Virus record (IMG/VR): IMGVR_UViG_3300044644_001125
Coordinates: 124,001 to 188,000 of that record
Strand: one strand, 5' to 3'
DNA: 64,000 nucleotides
The translations under genes and the position numbers were made by a program. The notes below the pieces were generated by a model. That model was not told the DNA's origin. It saw only the letters and a list, made by a program, of their open reading frames with translations, and made no database searches. Shown here in pieces: positions 54,301-63,905 of this stretch; position 1 is the first letter of the stretch; every line of letters starts with the position of its first letter.

Positions 54301-55031
54301 CTCAAGCTGATATCACTGGCTTGTTAGGTGCTGGTTCTATTACTAACACAATGTTGGCTAATGGCGCGGTTGCTAACTTGTCTGGTACTAACACTGGCGA
54401 CGAAACAGCTGCTACAATTAAAACCAAATTGGGTATTTCTACTCTTTCTGGTTCTAACACTGGTGACCAAACCATTACCTTGACTGGTGATGCTAGCGGT
54501 TCTGGTACAGGTTCATTTGCTGTTACGTTATCTTCAGTTGGTACAGCTGGTTCTTACTATAAAGTAACTACTGATGCGAAAGGTCGTGTAACTGCTGGTG
54601 TTTCTGCTTTAGTTGCTGCTGACATTCCTGCTTTGGATTGGGCGAAAATCACTTCTGGTAAACCAACTACTTTAGCTGGTTACGGTATTACTGATGCTGG
54701 TTATTTGAACATTCCGCAAGTAAGTAACTCAGCTAACTACACAACTGTATTAACTGATTCTGGTAAACATTTGTTACACCCAGCTGCTGATACAACTGCT
54801 AGAACATTCACTATTGCCGCGAATGCTTCTGTAGCTTATCCAATTGGTACAACTATTGCGTTTGTTAACCAAAACGGTGCTGGTGCGTTAACTATTGCTA
54901 TCGCAACTGACACAATGAGATTGGCAGGTGCTGGTACAACAGGAAGTAGAACCCTAGCAGCTAACGGTATTGCTACCGCTGTTAAAATTACATCTACTGA
55001 ATGGATTATCAGTGGAACAAACTTGACCTAA
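51372..55031 (+). CDS. long tail fibre protein
   Basis: repeats KAP.A.PTFTGTV.GITK.MVGL.NVDNT.D..KP.STA.Q.ALD; KPTTLAGYGITD; APAALDTL.ELA; AGGAG RBS before 51372. Confidence 0.85.
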   Translation: MAIIIANDGDRVVATIADRNAIAKKFDGMQVTVQDAIADVIAGEGEALYQWSASKSKWILIGKENIDSLEFISESGVLVDGKVTTSEHPQSGLVWDCYVIGQDGSVVADITAPSIINNEINIGTLMYDGLTIHFSYGFGRIQATVAALIDVYNLGSLDSSTPSNMSGFVYGTGTMISAKSLTASDVTDFTTEVAALTQASIDAKAPIANPTFTGTVSGITKGMVGLGNVDNTSDINKPVSTAQQTALDTKAELAGSATQDFSANVVTVSGNILPAGANIDIGSSTQRFKTIFVDEAKLSTNTLYIGDTAILGTTAQTVNIHTDPGQSLDIQTSGSGTTVIQSVRGVNVSTTGMNSPVQLNAYGVGSNVVLGATNEIQMTASGIALNAPVTASSLTSTGNLTVGGNLVVNGTQTTINSTTVTTKDNIIILNNGEAGSGVTAGTAGFRVDRGDLVDYELSFDESDDFFKIGAQGSTEIIATRPWATTTFAAANHNHTVDSLSNVTIAGKATNDVFKWSGTAWVNGQVTKTEVGLGNVDNTADSAKPVSTAQAAALALKADAANPTFTGTVTGVTATMVGLGSVDNVKQLPYSQALAITGDATASSTNLSTGTIAVTLASVGTAGSYFKVTTDAKGRVTAGNTALVAADIPDLAWSKITSGTPTTLAGYGITDAQAVNTKLTSIAGLSNLATGLVKFTNGTASIDSTAYLTSQTVTATMVGLNNVENTADANKPVSTAQQAALDLKAPLASPTFTGTVGGITKSMVGLGLVDNTADLSKPISTATQTALDLKAPSANPTFTGTVSGITKSMVGLANVNNTADLAKPISTATQTALDLKADQATTYTKTETDSRIQAVVGAAPAALDTLVELASALGNDASYASTITSSLALKAPLASPTFTGTVSGITASMVGLGSVTNDKQLKDSQTLAVTGDATASATALNTGTIALTLATVTDSGTGSFKKVTVNGKGLVTGTASVAQADITGLLGAGSITNTMLANGAVANLSGTNTGDETAATIKTKLGISTLSGSNTGDQTITLTGDASGSGTGSFAVTLSSVGTAGSYYKVTTDAKGRVTAGVSALVAADIPALDWAKITSGKPTTLAGYGITDAGYLNIPQVSNSANYTTVLTDSGKHLLHPAADTTARTFTIAANASVAYPIGTTIAFVNQNGAGALTIAIATDTMRLAGAGTTGSRTLAANGIATAVKITSTEWIISGTNLT

Positions 55032-55138
55032 TAGAATTCCTGGGAACGATACGGTAATGTGCTGTATCGTTTCCCAGCTAAATATCTTTTTTGAGGATTT
55101 AAAAACATGAATAAAACAAAAATTAAAGGGAGAATTCT

Positions 55139-57367
55139 ATGTCTGGGATATTAAGTATATTAGCTGCTAGTGGTGGATATGCTCCTCCGTTTGGTAGTGG
55201 TGGGACAACAGTCCCAGACAAGCCAACCAACGTTGCTGCTACTGCTGGTGATTCTTCTGCTACTGTAACGTTCACAGCGCCAAACAACGGCGGTTCTGCT
55301 ATTACTGGTTATACTGTGAAAGCCTTTACTGGTGGCGTTTATACTGGTATTTCTCAGTCTGGTGTTAGCACCACTATTACTGTTACTGGTCTAACTAACG
55401 GTACTGCTTATACATTCACTGTAAAAGCGACTAATGCTATTGGTACTGGTCTTGAATCTACTGCTAGTTCTTCAATTAGTCCTACAAATCAAACCTTCGT
55501 AGACGATGTATTCTCAACCTATCTCTACACCGGCAACGGCTCAACGCAAACCATCACTAACGGTATTGACTTGGCTGGTAAAGGTGGATTGGTGTGGGGG
55601 AAATCCAGAAGCAACACGCGTGGAAATGAAATGTGGGATACGGCAAGAGGAGCTAACAAGTTACTTATTACTTACGCCACCGCTGCTGAAATCACATATA
55701 CACAAGGTGTTACAGTATTTAATAACAATGGATTTACGGTAGGAAGTGACACTGAAGTAAATGAAAATGGTACATCCTACGCCTCATGGACATTCCGCAA
55801 AGCCGCGAAGTTTTTTGATGTGGTGACTTATACGGGTGATGGTACTACCAATAAAGTTATAAATCATAATTTAGGTTCTGTTCCCGGAATGATAATTACT
55901 AAGCGAACAGACGGGACTGGTAATTGGACGGTATGGCATCGAGCATATAGTAATGATACAAAATCTTATATGTATCTAAATCTTACTGACGCTTTGGCTT
56001 ATGCTTCTGGTGCTACACCTATAACTATTGATGCCTCATCATTCACTATTGGGACAAATCAAATTTTTGGCAACGGGAGTGGGTGGCAATACGTTGCCTA
56101 CCTATACGCTCACGACACGTCATCCACTGGGATTATTCAGTGTGGGTCGTTTACAACGGACGGTAGCGGTAATGCGACTGTGAATTTGGGTTGGGAGCCG
56201 CAGTTTTTTCTTACAAAATGCGCAACTAACCCTGGATTTGCTAAAAACTGGTCTATTTATGACACCATGCGGGGGTGGGTGGCACAACCTTCATCCGCTG
56301 GTAATTTTCAAGCTAATTTAGTCCCTAATACGACTGCGGCAGAAAGCACAGGAAACACATCACAACCAAAATCAACAGGTGTTAACATAGAAGAAGGTAT
56401 TGCATCTCAAACTTTCATCTATATGGCAATCCGTCGCCCAAACAAGCCGCCTACAACGGGGACGCAGGTGTTTAGTCCTATTACGTCTAATGATGACAGC
56501 GTATTTTCATCAACTAACTTTCCCGTAGATTCAGTATTTGAAGCTAAACGCAGCGGAGATACCTATAACTCTACATGGTGGGACAGGTTGCGTGGAGCAG
56601 CAATGGCATTACATACATCATCTACTATGGCAGAGGCGAACTTCGGAGGAAGTGCCAAAATGTTCCAGAGCAATACCGGAGTTGGTCCATGTACTCTTTA
56701 TGGTACAGGTATAAATGTAATCCAGTACGCTTTCAAACGCGCCCCCGGATTCTTTGATGAGGTTTGTTATACGGGGACTGGAGCAAGCAATGACCCTGGA
56801 AGGTTGCAAAACCATAATTTAACGGTTGCACCAGAATTGATAATTACCAAAAAACGCAGTGCAGTTAGCGATTGGACTGTGACGGCTTACAATGCTTTAG
56901 GTTCAAATAAATGGTGTGCTTTAAATGACGTAAATACATATACACCTACGACACCTCCCCTTTGGATAGCAGAAGCACCCACGTCAACAGTATATAATGT
57001 AGGTGGCGCACTTGATTCTGCTAGTGCAACATTTGTTACTTACCTATTCGCCACACTCGCTGGCATATCTAAAGTAGGTTCTTACACTGGCAATGGTGGA
57101 ACTCAGGCTATTCCTTGCGGATTTACATCAGGTTCAAGATTCGTCATGATTAAGAGAACGGACTCTACAGGCGATTGGTTAATCGTTGACTCTGCTAGAG
57201 GTATTAATGCTAACCAAGATCCGTTGTTAAAATTGAATTCAACTGCTGCTGAAGTAACCACGGATGATTGGATTGATGCTGATACGTCTGGTTTTGTTGT
57301 TAACCAAACTTCAGCTGCAAATGCTAACGTTTCTGGTGCTACTTACATTTTCTTAGCCGTGGCCTAG
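55139..57367 (+). CDS. FN3-containing virion/receptor-binding-like protein
   Basis: FN3 (P..V.AT..F.AP.NGGS.ITGY..GLTNGT.YTF.V.A.N); repeated YTG.G..I.H.L..P..II.KR modules. Confidence 0.75.
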   Translation: MSGILSILAASGGYAPPFGSGGTTVPDKPTNVAATAGDSSATVTFTAPNNGGSAITGYTVKAFTGGVYTGISQSGVSTTITVTGLTNGTAYTFTVKATNAIGTGLESTASSSISPTNQTFVDDVFSTYLYTGNGSTQTITNGIDLAGKGGLVWGKSRSNTRGNEMWDTARGANKLLITYATAAEITYTQGVTVFNNNGFTVGSDTEVNENGTSYASWTFRKAAKFFDVVTYTGDGTTNKVINHNLGSVPGMIITKRTDGTGNWTVWHRAYSNDTKSYMYLNLTDALAYASGATPITIDASSFTIGTNQIFGNGSGWQYVAYLYAHDTSSTGIIQCGSFTTDGSGNATVNLGWEPQFFLTKCATNPGFAKNWSIYDTMRGWVAQPSSAGNFQANLVPNTTAAESTGNTSQPKSTGVNIEEGIASQTFIYMAIRRPNKPPTTGTQVFSPITSNDDSVFSSTNFPVDSVFEAKRSGDTYNSTWWDRLRGAAMALHTSSTMAEANFGGSAKMFQSNTGVGPCTLYGTGINVIQYAFKRAPGFFDEVCYTGTGASNDPGRLQNHNLTVAPELIITKKRSAVSDWTVTAYNALGSNKWCALNDVNTYTPTTPPLWIAEAPTSTVYNVGGALDSASATFVTYLFATLAGISKVGSYTGNGGTQAIPCGFTSGSRFVMIKRTDSTGDWLIVDSARGINANQDPLLKLNSTAAEVTTDDWIDADTSGFVVNQTSAANANVSGATYIFLAVA

Positions 57368-57370
57368 TAT

Positions 57371-58117
57371 ATGACTATACCGTTTTTCTATATTTTAAGA
57401 CATAACGTCACTAATATTAGATATGCCGGTATAAAGTTTGCAAAAGGTTGCAATCCAAGCGACCTTTTGCGGACTTACTTTACTTCGTCAGCTATAGTTA
57501 AACCAATGCTATTGGAAGATAGAACATGTTTTTCTATCGAACAGATTATCGAATTTGAAACCAAAGAACAGGCAATTGACTTCGAGGAAGCGTTTTTAAC
57601 CGAGCGTCAAGCACATTTATCGCCAGAATGGTATAATCAATCGGCTGGTAGGGCAATAAACCCTGATAGAGTGGTTGAAACCTGTATGGAAAAATATGGG
57701 GTTGATAATTGGATGAAATCCGAAGAAGCAAAAAGTCAAAAACTGGGTTTTAAAGAGGGTAATACGCATGGATGTTTTCCTAGAAGTGATGAAACTAAGA
57801 AGAAAATGTCAGAAAGTTTTACAGGTAGAGTTTATTCCGACGAGCATAACGAAAAACTTCGGCAGTCAAAGTTGGGCACGAAAGCGTCTGATGAAACTAA
57901 GCAGAAACTATCTGATATACGGAAAGGGAAACCTAGACCGGCGTCGTTTTCAGCAAAAATGTCCGAAAAGATGAAAGGAGAAAACAATCCAATGTTTGGT
58001 AAAGTAAGTCCGAATAAAGGAAAAACTCTTGAGAAATTCGAATGTGAGTGTTGTGGTGCGCATGTTTCTAAAGCAAATTACAATAAATGGCATGGCGAAA
58101 ACTGTAAAAAGCAATAA
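57371..58117 (+). CDS. GIY-YIG(Seg)-like homing endonuclease with NUMOD3 repeats
   Basis: FYI..YAG..YFTSS, WYN, SDETK.K.S repeats, NPMFGK, C..CG..WHGENCK. Confidence 0.8.
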   Translation: MTIPFFYILRHNVTNIRYAGIKFAKGCNPSDLLRTYFTSSAIVKPMLLEDRTCFSIEQIIEFETKEQAIDFEEAFLTERQAHLSPEWYNQSAGRAINPDRVVETCMEKYGVDNWMKSEEAKSQKLGFKEGNTHGCFPRSDETKKKMSESFTGRVYSDEHNEKLRQSKLGTKASDETKQKLSDIRKGKPRPASFSAKMSEKMKGENNPMFGKVSPNKGKTLEKFECECCGAHVSKANYNKWHGENCKKQ

Positions 58118-58219
58118 GAAGTAAATCCAGTTTGAAACTAAAACCATCACTGTTTAACCGCAGTGGTGGTTTTTTATTACCCTAAATAATACTTTAACCA
58201 CTTACATTATGAGACCAAA

Positions 58220-58405
58220 ATGAACAAAACTCTTCACTTCTTATCTGGTATTCCTCGCAGTGGCTCTACGGTTCTTGCTGCTATTCTTAACCAAAACCCA
58301 GCAACTCATGTTTCTACCACTTCTGGTCTAGTACATGCATTAGACGGTCTAGCTAACACTTGGCATTCTGCTGGTTTACTTAATGAGAACGATCCTGATA
58401 GAACT
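58220..58405 (+). pseudogene. 5' fragment of sulfotransferase-family gene interrupted by TnpB element
   Basis: FLSGIPRSGSTVL..ILNQNP PAPS-binding motif; frame runs into element hairpins after DPDRT. Confidence 0.75.
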
Positions 58406-58522
58406 CGGTATGGAAACCGAGTGACCCCTAGGGTCATCTAATTGGCATGAGCGGCTACTGTCTTACCCGTTATTATACCGACCATGTTCACCAAGTCAAC
58501 TTACATTTAACTAAATAGAGAT

Positions 58523-59791
58523 ATGAGCACATCTACTAAAATCACTGGATATAAAACGAAATGCCTGTTAAATCAGGTACAGATCGCTTTGTTCGATAAA
58601 TCAGTAGATGGTTGTGTATTCGCATATAACGAATTTCTTGCATTGGTGAATGCCGAATATGCCATAACTGGTAAGATTTCTACCAAATGCTGTAGTGTTA
58701 AAGAATTAAGAAATAACAACCCGTGGTTAAAAGAACTATCTACTAGAGTAATAGATGGAGCTCGTCTCAATCTTATCGATGCATTTAGCCGGTTCTTTAC
58801 GAAGCAAAATGACTTTCCTGTTTTTAAAAACCGGTATAGCAAGAAATCACTAAGACATGCCGGTGATTGTTATCTGTACATGAAAAATGGACGTATGTAT
58901 GCAGTTATTCCAAAAATTGGTCATGTAAAGCTATTAACTGATTTTTCGGATTCGCCTAATCAATTCGATTATACAACCGTTAGCGGTGTAACCCTTTCAC
59001 AAGACAGTCTTGGAAACTTTTATGCCTCATTTCATGCGAAATCAGTAACGGCTCATTTACCGAAGACCTATAAATCAGTTGGTATTGATCCAGGTCTTAC
59101 TACTTTTGCGACCTTAAGTACTGGTAAAAAGATCAAGAATCCAAGATTTCGTGAAATAACTGAAGATCGTATGAAAACGCTTCAGCGTAAACTCGCAAAA
59201 TGCACCAAGAACTCAAGAAGATATAACAAGTATAAGAAACAAATAGCTGCATTGCACCAGAAATCAGCAAATCAATTAAATGACTTCCATAAAAAGACAT
59301 CAACTAAAATAACCAAAGGCTACGACAACATCTATATTGAGGAAACTCAGACCAAAAACATGATGTCTCGTGGTAAAAAGAAAACAAAAAGCCCTAGACG
59401 CCTAGGGAAATCATTCGCTCAAGCCGGAATCAGTGCATTCCGTGAAATCTTGATAAGAAAGGCGGAGCTTGTTGGTAAACAAGTACATCTTGTACCAGCT
59501 CGCAATACAACAAAAACTTGTAGTAGTTGTGGTCATATCCACAACGATTTAACGCTTAAAGATCGGTCATGGTCTTGCCCCGTTTGTGGTGTTGAACATG
59601 ACCGAGATATAAATGCTGCCCGAAACATTTTACGAATAGGGCAGCAACGGTTTACCGGAGGTGGACTTGTTGCACAGGGCAACATTACCGGGTTACCTAA
59701 TCAAAAAAGGACGCAGCAAAGCGGGTTAAGTCCCGTTAGCAAAAGTACCAGTGCAACTACTAGCAGTACCAGTAGTCTACCTGTTATTTAA
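58523..59791 (+). mobile_element. tnpB: IS200/IS605-type TnpB (no tnpA)
   Basis: GIDPG, YIEE, TTKTCSSCG, DRDINAA; left hairpins 58404-58436; probable right end TTCAC 59881-59885. Confidence 0.9.
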
Positions 59792-59886
59792 ACGTCTATT
59801 CACGGTTTATCTCGTGAACCGAGGACACAAAGTCCGAAGTTTACATGGATGCCGCGAAATACCGAGAGAGGTCTTATCGATTCACT

Positions 59887-60012
59887 GAAGGCCGATTTGC
59901 GGATACCAATGCGTTGTTTGAAAACCCATCTAACGTAAATATCACAATACCAGCAGGATTAACAGTAGACGAAGAGATCGAACTAATCCTAGCAGACCTT
60001 GATTTAGACTAA
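59887..60012 (+). pseudogene. 3' remnant of the interrupted gene (APS-kinase-like tail)
   Basis: EGRFADTNALFENP..stop, recalled as the C-terminus of phage adenylylsulfate-kinase-like domains. Confidence 0.5.
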
Positions 60013-60037
60013 ATACCCAAACAATTGAGGATTATCG

Positions 60038-60265
60038 ATGGACACCATACAACTAGACGTACCACTTTTTATTAGACTACTTGAACTCGCAAGAGAAGAC
60101 GTTAAGCAGGATGCTGACTTGCATGACGTTGCGGAAATTGTAACAAAACTATCCCAGCGCGGTACTGTTACAATGGCTAATTACAACGAGATTGTTAAAT
60201 TCATGCAGGAACAAGGAAAAGAAGACGAATTAGATACGGTTAAACGTTTAGGTGGTATTGGCTAA
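60038..60265 (+). CDS. conserved hypothetical phage protein
   Basis: LDVPLFIRLLE.ARED..D.DLH; TAAATA upstream. Confidence 0.6.
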   Translation: MDTIQLDVPLFIRLLELAREDVKQDADLHDVAEIVTKLSQRGTVTMANYNEIVKFMQEQGKEDELDTVKRLGGIG

Positions 60266-60678
60266 TGCAAACAATTAATATGGGTTCTACACCCAACGAC
60301 AGAACAGGTGATAGCTTGTATACTGCATTTAACAAGGTAAATGATAACTTTGTTGAGTTATATGGATTATCTAATATTAATAAGCCAGTCAGGGAAGTAA
60401 CTGATAGCAGCGGTGAACAAACCATTGATATGCTTGTGGATGGTATTGTAAAAATAGCAGCTTATCGTGATACTATTCTATCTTTTACTAATATCGTACC
60501 AGGAAGAGAAATTGTGGTTATCATTACCGCCAATGGTGATGTGAATGTATCGTATGGAACTGATGTTATATCAACCGATGGTGCAACTTCGACATTAATC
60601 ATCGATGGAAATACTGCTATTTTAAAGTATTATTCTACTGGTGTGTCACAAGCCGCTATCTTCTTACAAAGAAACTAA
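60265..60678 (+). CDS. baseplate/fibre-attachment-like protein
   Basis: INMG..PND.TGD.L..AF.KVN.NF.ELY, similar to T4 gp9/gp10 N-terminus. Confidence 0.7.
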   Translation: MQTINMGSTPNDRTGDSLYTAFNKVNDNFVELYGLSNINKPVREVTDSSGEQTIDMLVDGIVKIAAYRDTILSFTNIVPGREIVVIITANGDVNVSYGTDVISTDGATSTLIIDGNTAILKYYSTGVSQAAIFLQRN

Positions 60679-60681
60679 AAA

Positions 60682-61440
60682 ATGAAAAAACTACTTTTGC
60701 TGTTGTTACCAGTTGTTGCGTTGGCTAACCCAATTGATGAGAAGTGTCCACAGTTTGTGTCTAACGGTGCACCAGTAAGTAATAGAGCAAATACGCTATA
60801 TCTTTGTAAGCAAAACTACGCAATCAATTATAGAACAGATACTAAAACAGCAGAATATGTCGTTGAACATCCTACCATTGCATCGATAAAAGGACCTGCT
60901 AAAAGACAAGATAACTTCCATCCTGATACATCGTTACCCAAGCAGTATCAAAGTACAATGGCTGATTACAATGCCACTGGATATGATAGAGGTCATTTAG
61001 CACCTGCGGGTGATAATACAACTAATGCTAGTATAATGAGTGAAAGTTTCGCATTATCTAACATGGTACCGCAAAACCCAAGTAATAATCGTATTATATG
61101 GAATAACTTAGAAACTAAGATTCGTAACTTGGTATTAACTGGTCATGAGGTTTATGTTTCCAGTGGTACATATTATCAACCTGGGTATAAAACTGTTGGT
61201 GTTGATAAAGTTGGAGTACCCGATTTCTTATGGAAGGTTGTTTATGATAAAACAAGTAATCGAGTAATTGCATTTTTAATACCAAATATCGCATTGAACG
61301 TAAAGGATTTACCAAAGTTTGTTATCCCAGTCACTGAACTTGAAAACTTGATTGGTATTAACTTCTTGCCTTTGCTACCAAATGCTACTAATATAGAATC
61401 TGTCACTAGTTCTTTTAAGGACTGGCCAGTATTCAACTGA
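60682..61440 (+). CDS. secreted DNA/RNA non-specific endonuclease (NucA/EndoG family)
   Basis: signal peptide; GYDRGHLAP, SNMVPQ, W..LE, VP..LWK. Confidence 0.92.
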   Translation: MKKLLLLLLPVVALANPIDEKCPQFVSNGAPVSNRANTLYLCKQNYAINYRTDTKTAEYVVEHPTIASIKGPAKRQDNFHPDTSLPKQYQSTMADYNATGYDRGHLAPAGDNTTNASIMSESFALSNMVPQNPSNNRIIWNNLETKIRNLVLTGHEVYVSSGTYYQPGYKTVGVDKVGVPDFLWKVVYDKTSNRVIAFLIPNIALNVKDLPKFVIPVTELENLIGINFLPLLPNATNIESVTSSFKDWPVFN

Positions 61441-61572
61441 TCACCGACTACCTTAGAATCGTGAGTTTTTTTGCGATAGGTGAAGGTCTGCCGCTAACCT
61501 GAATGCAACGGAGTCGTGCCCCTAGTATTCGAATAGCGGCATTTTTTTAATTAAATCAAGCTAAATACTATT

Positions 61573-61842
61573 ATGAAACCGCAAACACGATCCATCTTAC
61601 AAGAGTTGAACGATATTGCAGATGTACGCAATACCGAATCACTAATTGAAAGCAGAGCAATGAATGTAATAACTTCAGCAATCAACTTGCTTGAAAGTAT
61701 TCATAAACATTACGATGCTGAAACTGCTGGCGAGTTGGAACGTAGACTGGTTAATTCTATTAAGGGTTCAGACCCGTCCAAATTCACGCGTGGAATTCGT
61801 AAGATTTCTGAAGCGAGAAAAACCAAACGAAAATTGGTCTAG
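61573..61842 (+). CDS. conserved late hypothetical protein
   Basis: TRSIL.EL..IESRA..; TAAATA 61562. Confidence 0.6.
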   Translation: MKPQTRSILQELNDIADVRNTESLIESRAMNVITSAINLLESIHKHYDAETAGELERRLVNSIKGSDPSKFTRGIRKISEARKTKRKLV

Positions 61843-61919
61843 TAAGCCAATTCCCTCGAAATCAACCTAAATACTAATGCCGGTTCCTGAGCGGAACCTT
61901 ATGATAAGGAGAAATAATC

Positions 61920-62339
61920 ATGGCTAGCCAAACAAGAGTAAACGGTCTCGCAGGAGACGTAGGTGTATTAAACGGTGCAACTGGTGCTATCATCGGTGCA
62001 AGTACAAAATTCTACAACATCGTTGTAAAAAATGTTGGTGGTACACCAATCAATTTACAACCATTGGATGATGCTCCAAACGAAGCATTTGAAAAAATCA
62101 TGCGCGTTATGCCAAGTGGTATTTTAGCATTCTACGCACCAGCGGACACATCTGGTGTTATCAGCGTAGTTGTTGATGGTCACGCTGCACCTGTAGCTAC
62201 TACTGGTGATGCAACTAAACCAGGCTTACAAGAAATCATTCGTGCATTAGGTACAACTGTTGGTGCATCTGATGGTTTATCTGGTGTTGACGTATCTGGT
62301 ACTACTGTAACTTTAGGTACTGCATTCACTGTAGCTTAA
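61920..62339 (+). CDS. small highly expressed virion protein (putative)
   Basis: TAAATA, AAGGAG RBS, biased codons, terminator downstream. Confidence 0.55.
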   Translation: MASQTRVNGLAGDVGVLNGATGAIIGASTKFYNIVVKNVGGTPINLQPLDDAPNEAFEKIMRVMPSGILAFYAPADTSGVISVVVDGHAAPVATTGDATKPGLQEIIRALGTTVGASDGLSGVDVSGTTVTLGTAFTVA

Positions 62340-62382
62340 TCATTTTTCGGAATTCCTCACCTTTGGGGGCCAGGGATGGGTT

Positions 62383-62411
62383 AAAAAGGGCGGTTTTACC
62401 GCCCTTTTTTT
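62383..62411 (+). terminator. intrinsic terminator
   Basis: AAAGGGCGG-TTTTA-CCGCCCTTT plus T-run. Confidence 0.8.
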
Positions 62412-62428
62412 CGTCCTCTAAATACTAA

Positions 62429-62824
62429 ATGGAAACTTATCAAGTAATAACTACCGTTGATATTACCGTGTACTCATCGGATGAGTATGAAATCTCACAG
62501 CTATCAAAAAACCAAAGAGCTAACTTCAATAGTCTAACACAAGCTATTGGATTGAGAAGCAACTTAGAATGGGATTCTTTACCCGTAAAATACACTGGAA
62601 GTTTACCAGACCCAATCGAAGGCAAGGCAAATCACTGGATTTGGGAGTTCACAACCGAACGAGATCAAGTCTTTTTAAAGGATGACAACCCAGTTGGGCA
62701 TCTTATTGATGACATCAATGGGGTTCCAATCATAGCAAATTTAACCAATACAGTCGATATTTACCCTGCTGCGTTTTGCACTCTAGGAAGGCAATGTAAC
62801 GTCTGGTTAGCCAAAATCGGCTAA
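62429..62824 (+). CDS. late hypothetical protein
   Basis: 131-aa ORF directly after TAAATA. Confidence 0.6.
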   Translation: METYQVITTVDITVYSSDEYEISQLSKNQRANFNSLTQAIGLRSNLEWDSLPVKYTGSLPDPIEGKANHWIWEFTTERDQVFLKDDNPVGHLIDDINGVPIIANLTNTVDIYPAAFCTLGRQCNVWLAKIG

Positions 62825-62832
62825 ATACTAGT

Positions 62833-63183
62833 ATGAGACTACAAACATGGAAGGTACTGTTGAGCTTAACATTGGGCGCGATATCTGGTATTATCGGAGT
62901 CTCTGTTTGGGCATTAGAAACAAATAATTATGACCTAACCAGACTAGGATTACTTATTCTATTCGCCATATGTGTATTAGGATCGGGTTGGATAATACTA
63001 ACACTTGCTACCGTATTTAAAACAATTGAACATACTCTTCTATCAGTCGATGAAATTAAAGAAGGTTTACTTGAGGCACAGCAACTACTTCGTGAATATG
63101 AAGAAGCATCATGCGCCTGTCATGGAGACCTCCTTGATGACGGCGACACAATTGAAGAATTTTTGTCTAACGACAACCGCTAA
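62833..63183 (+). CDS. two-TM membrane protein
   Basis: two hydrophobic helices; TAAATA 62822. Confidence 0.55.
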   Translation: MRLQTWKVLLSLTLGAISGIIGVSVWALETNNYDLTRLGLLILFAICVLGSGWIILTLATVFKTIEHTLLSVDEIKEGLLEAQQLLREYEEASCACHGDLLDDGDTIEEFLSNDNR

Positions 63184-63205
63184 CGTTATTTTAGGAGATA
63201 ATACG

Positions 63206-63451
63206 ATGGCATCTGCACCACGAACAACACAATTAGAAAGAGAAAGTTTAGAAGCACATGTTGATTTGTGCGCGATCCGGTACGAACAACTCGATACTAG
63301 ATTAACTAACTTAGAAACCAAGGTTGATAATGTTCATGAGGACATTCTTAATGGTCAGAAAAGTTTAGTTAAAGTTATCGTGGGAACTGCAGGTACCGTT
63401 ATCACTGGAATTATCTCAATCGTAATTGCGTTATTAACAAAAACTAACTAA
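63206..63451 (+). CDS. coiled-coil protein with C-terminal TM (holin/XhlA-like)
   Basis: AGGAG RBS; LEAHVDLCA.RY..L; hydrophobic C-terminus. Confidence 0.55.
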   Translation: MASAPRTTQLERESLEAHVDLCAIRYEQLDTRLTNLETKVDNVHEDILNGQKSLVKVIVGTAGTVITGIISIVIALLTKTN

Positions 63452-63461
63452 GGTTGTTATC

Positions 63462-63905
63462 ATGGCGTCACTATCTAAAAGATTAACAAACGTCATCAAT
63501 GCAACACATAAGAAATTAATCGAGAATAATCGCATATTACCAGTAGAAGTACCTGAAGGAATTCTAGTCGGAAACGTACTGATAGTATGCGATAATTCGG
63601 TTAAACATTTAATTCAAAGCAACGAATTTGTCTACCGAGATATTCACCTAAACAACGCCACTATTGCAATGGCTAATCTACTAGCCACAAATGCACCAAA
63701 ATTCAAGATAACCGAAATATACGAAGCCGACCGAGAATACTCCCGTTGGTTTATGGATAGTCAACTACTTAAAACTCGATACCACCAAGCAGAAGCCGCA
63801 TTAGAATTTCAAACAGCAGAGATATTCCTAGCAAGGTATACCGAAAGCATTGATAAAGCACTGTCTGCTAAGAAAAGAGTTAACCTCCTAATTAGAAACA
63901 GCTAA
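63462..63905 (+). CDS. hypothetical protein
   Basis: 147-aa ORF in late operon. Confidence 0.55.
   Translation: MASLSKRLTNVINATHKKLIENNRILPVEVPEGILVGNVLIVCDNSVKHLIQSNEFVYRDIHLNNATIAMANLLATNAPKFKITEIYEADREYSRWFMDSQLLKTRYHQAEAALEFQTAEIFLARYTESIDKALSAKKRVNLLIRNS

Noticed and set aside
58405-59885. Group I IStron or hammerhead ribozyme
   Set aside because: Left flank is only ~120 nt with no P3-P7 core; GGAC/GTCC-GAA lacks the CTGANGA core
808-63321. Many short antisense or nested ORFs in the track
   Set aside because: They are shadows of well-supported genes, with no RBS or motifs
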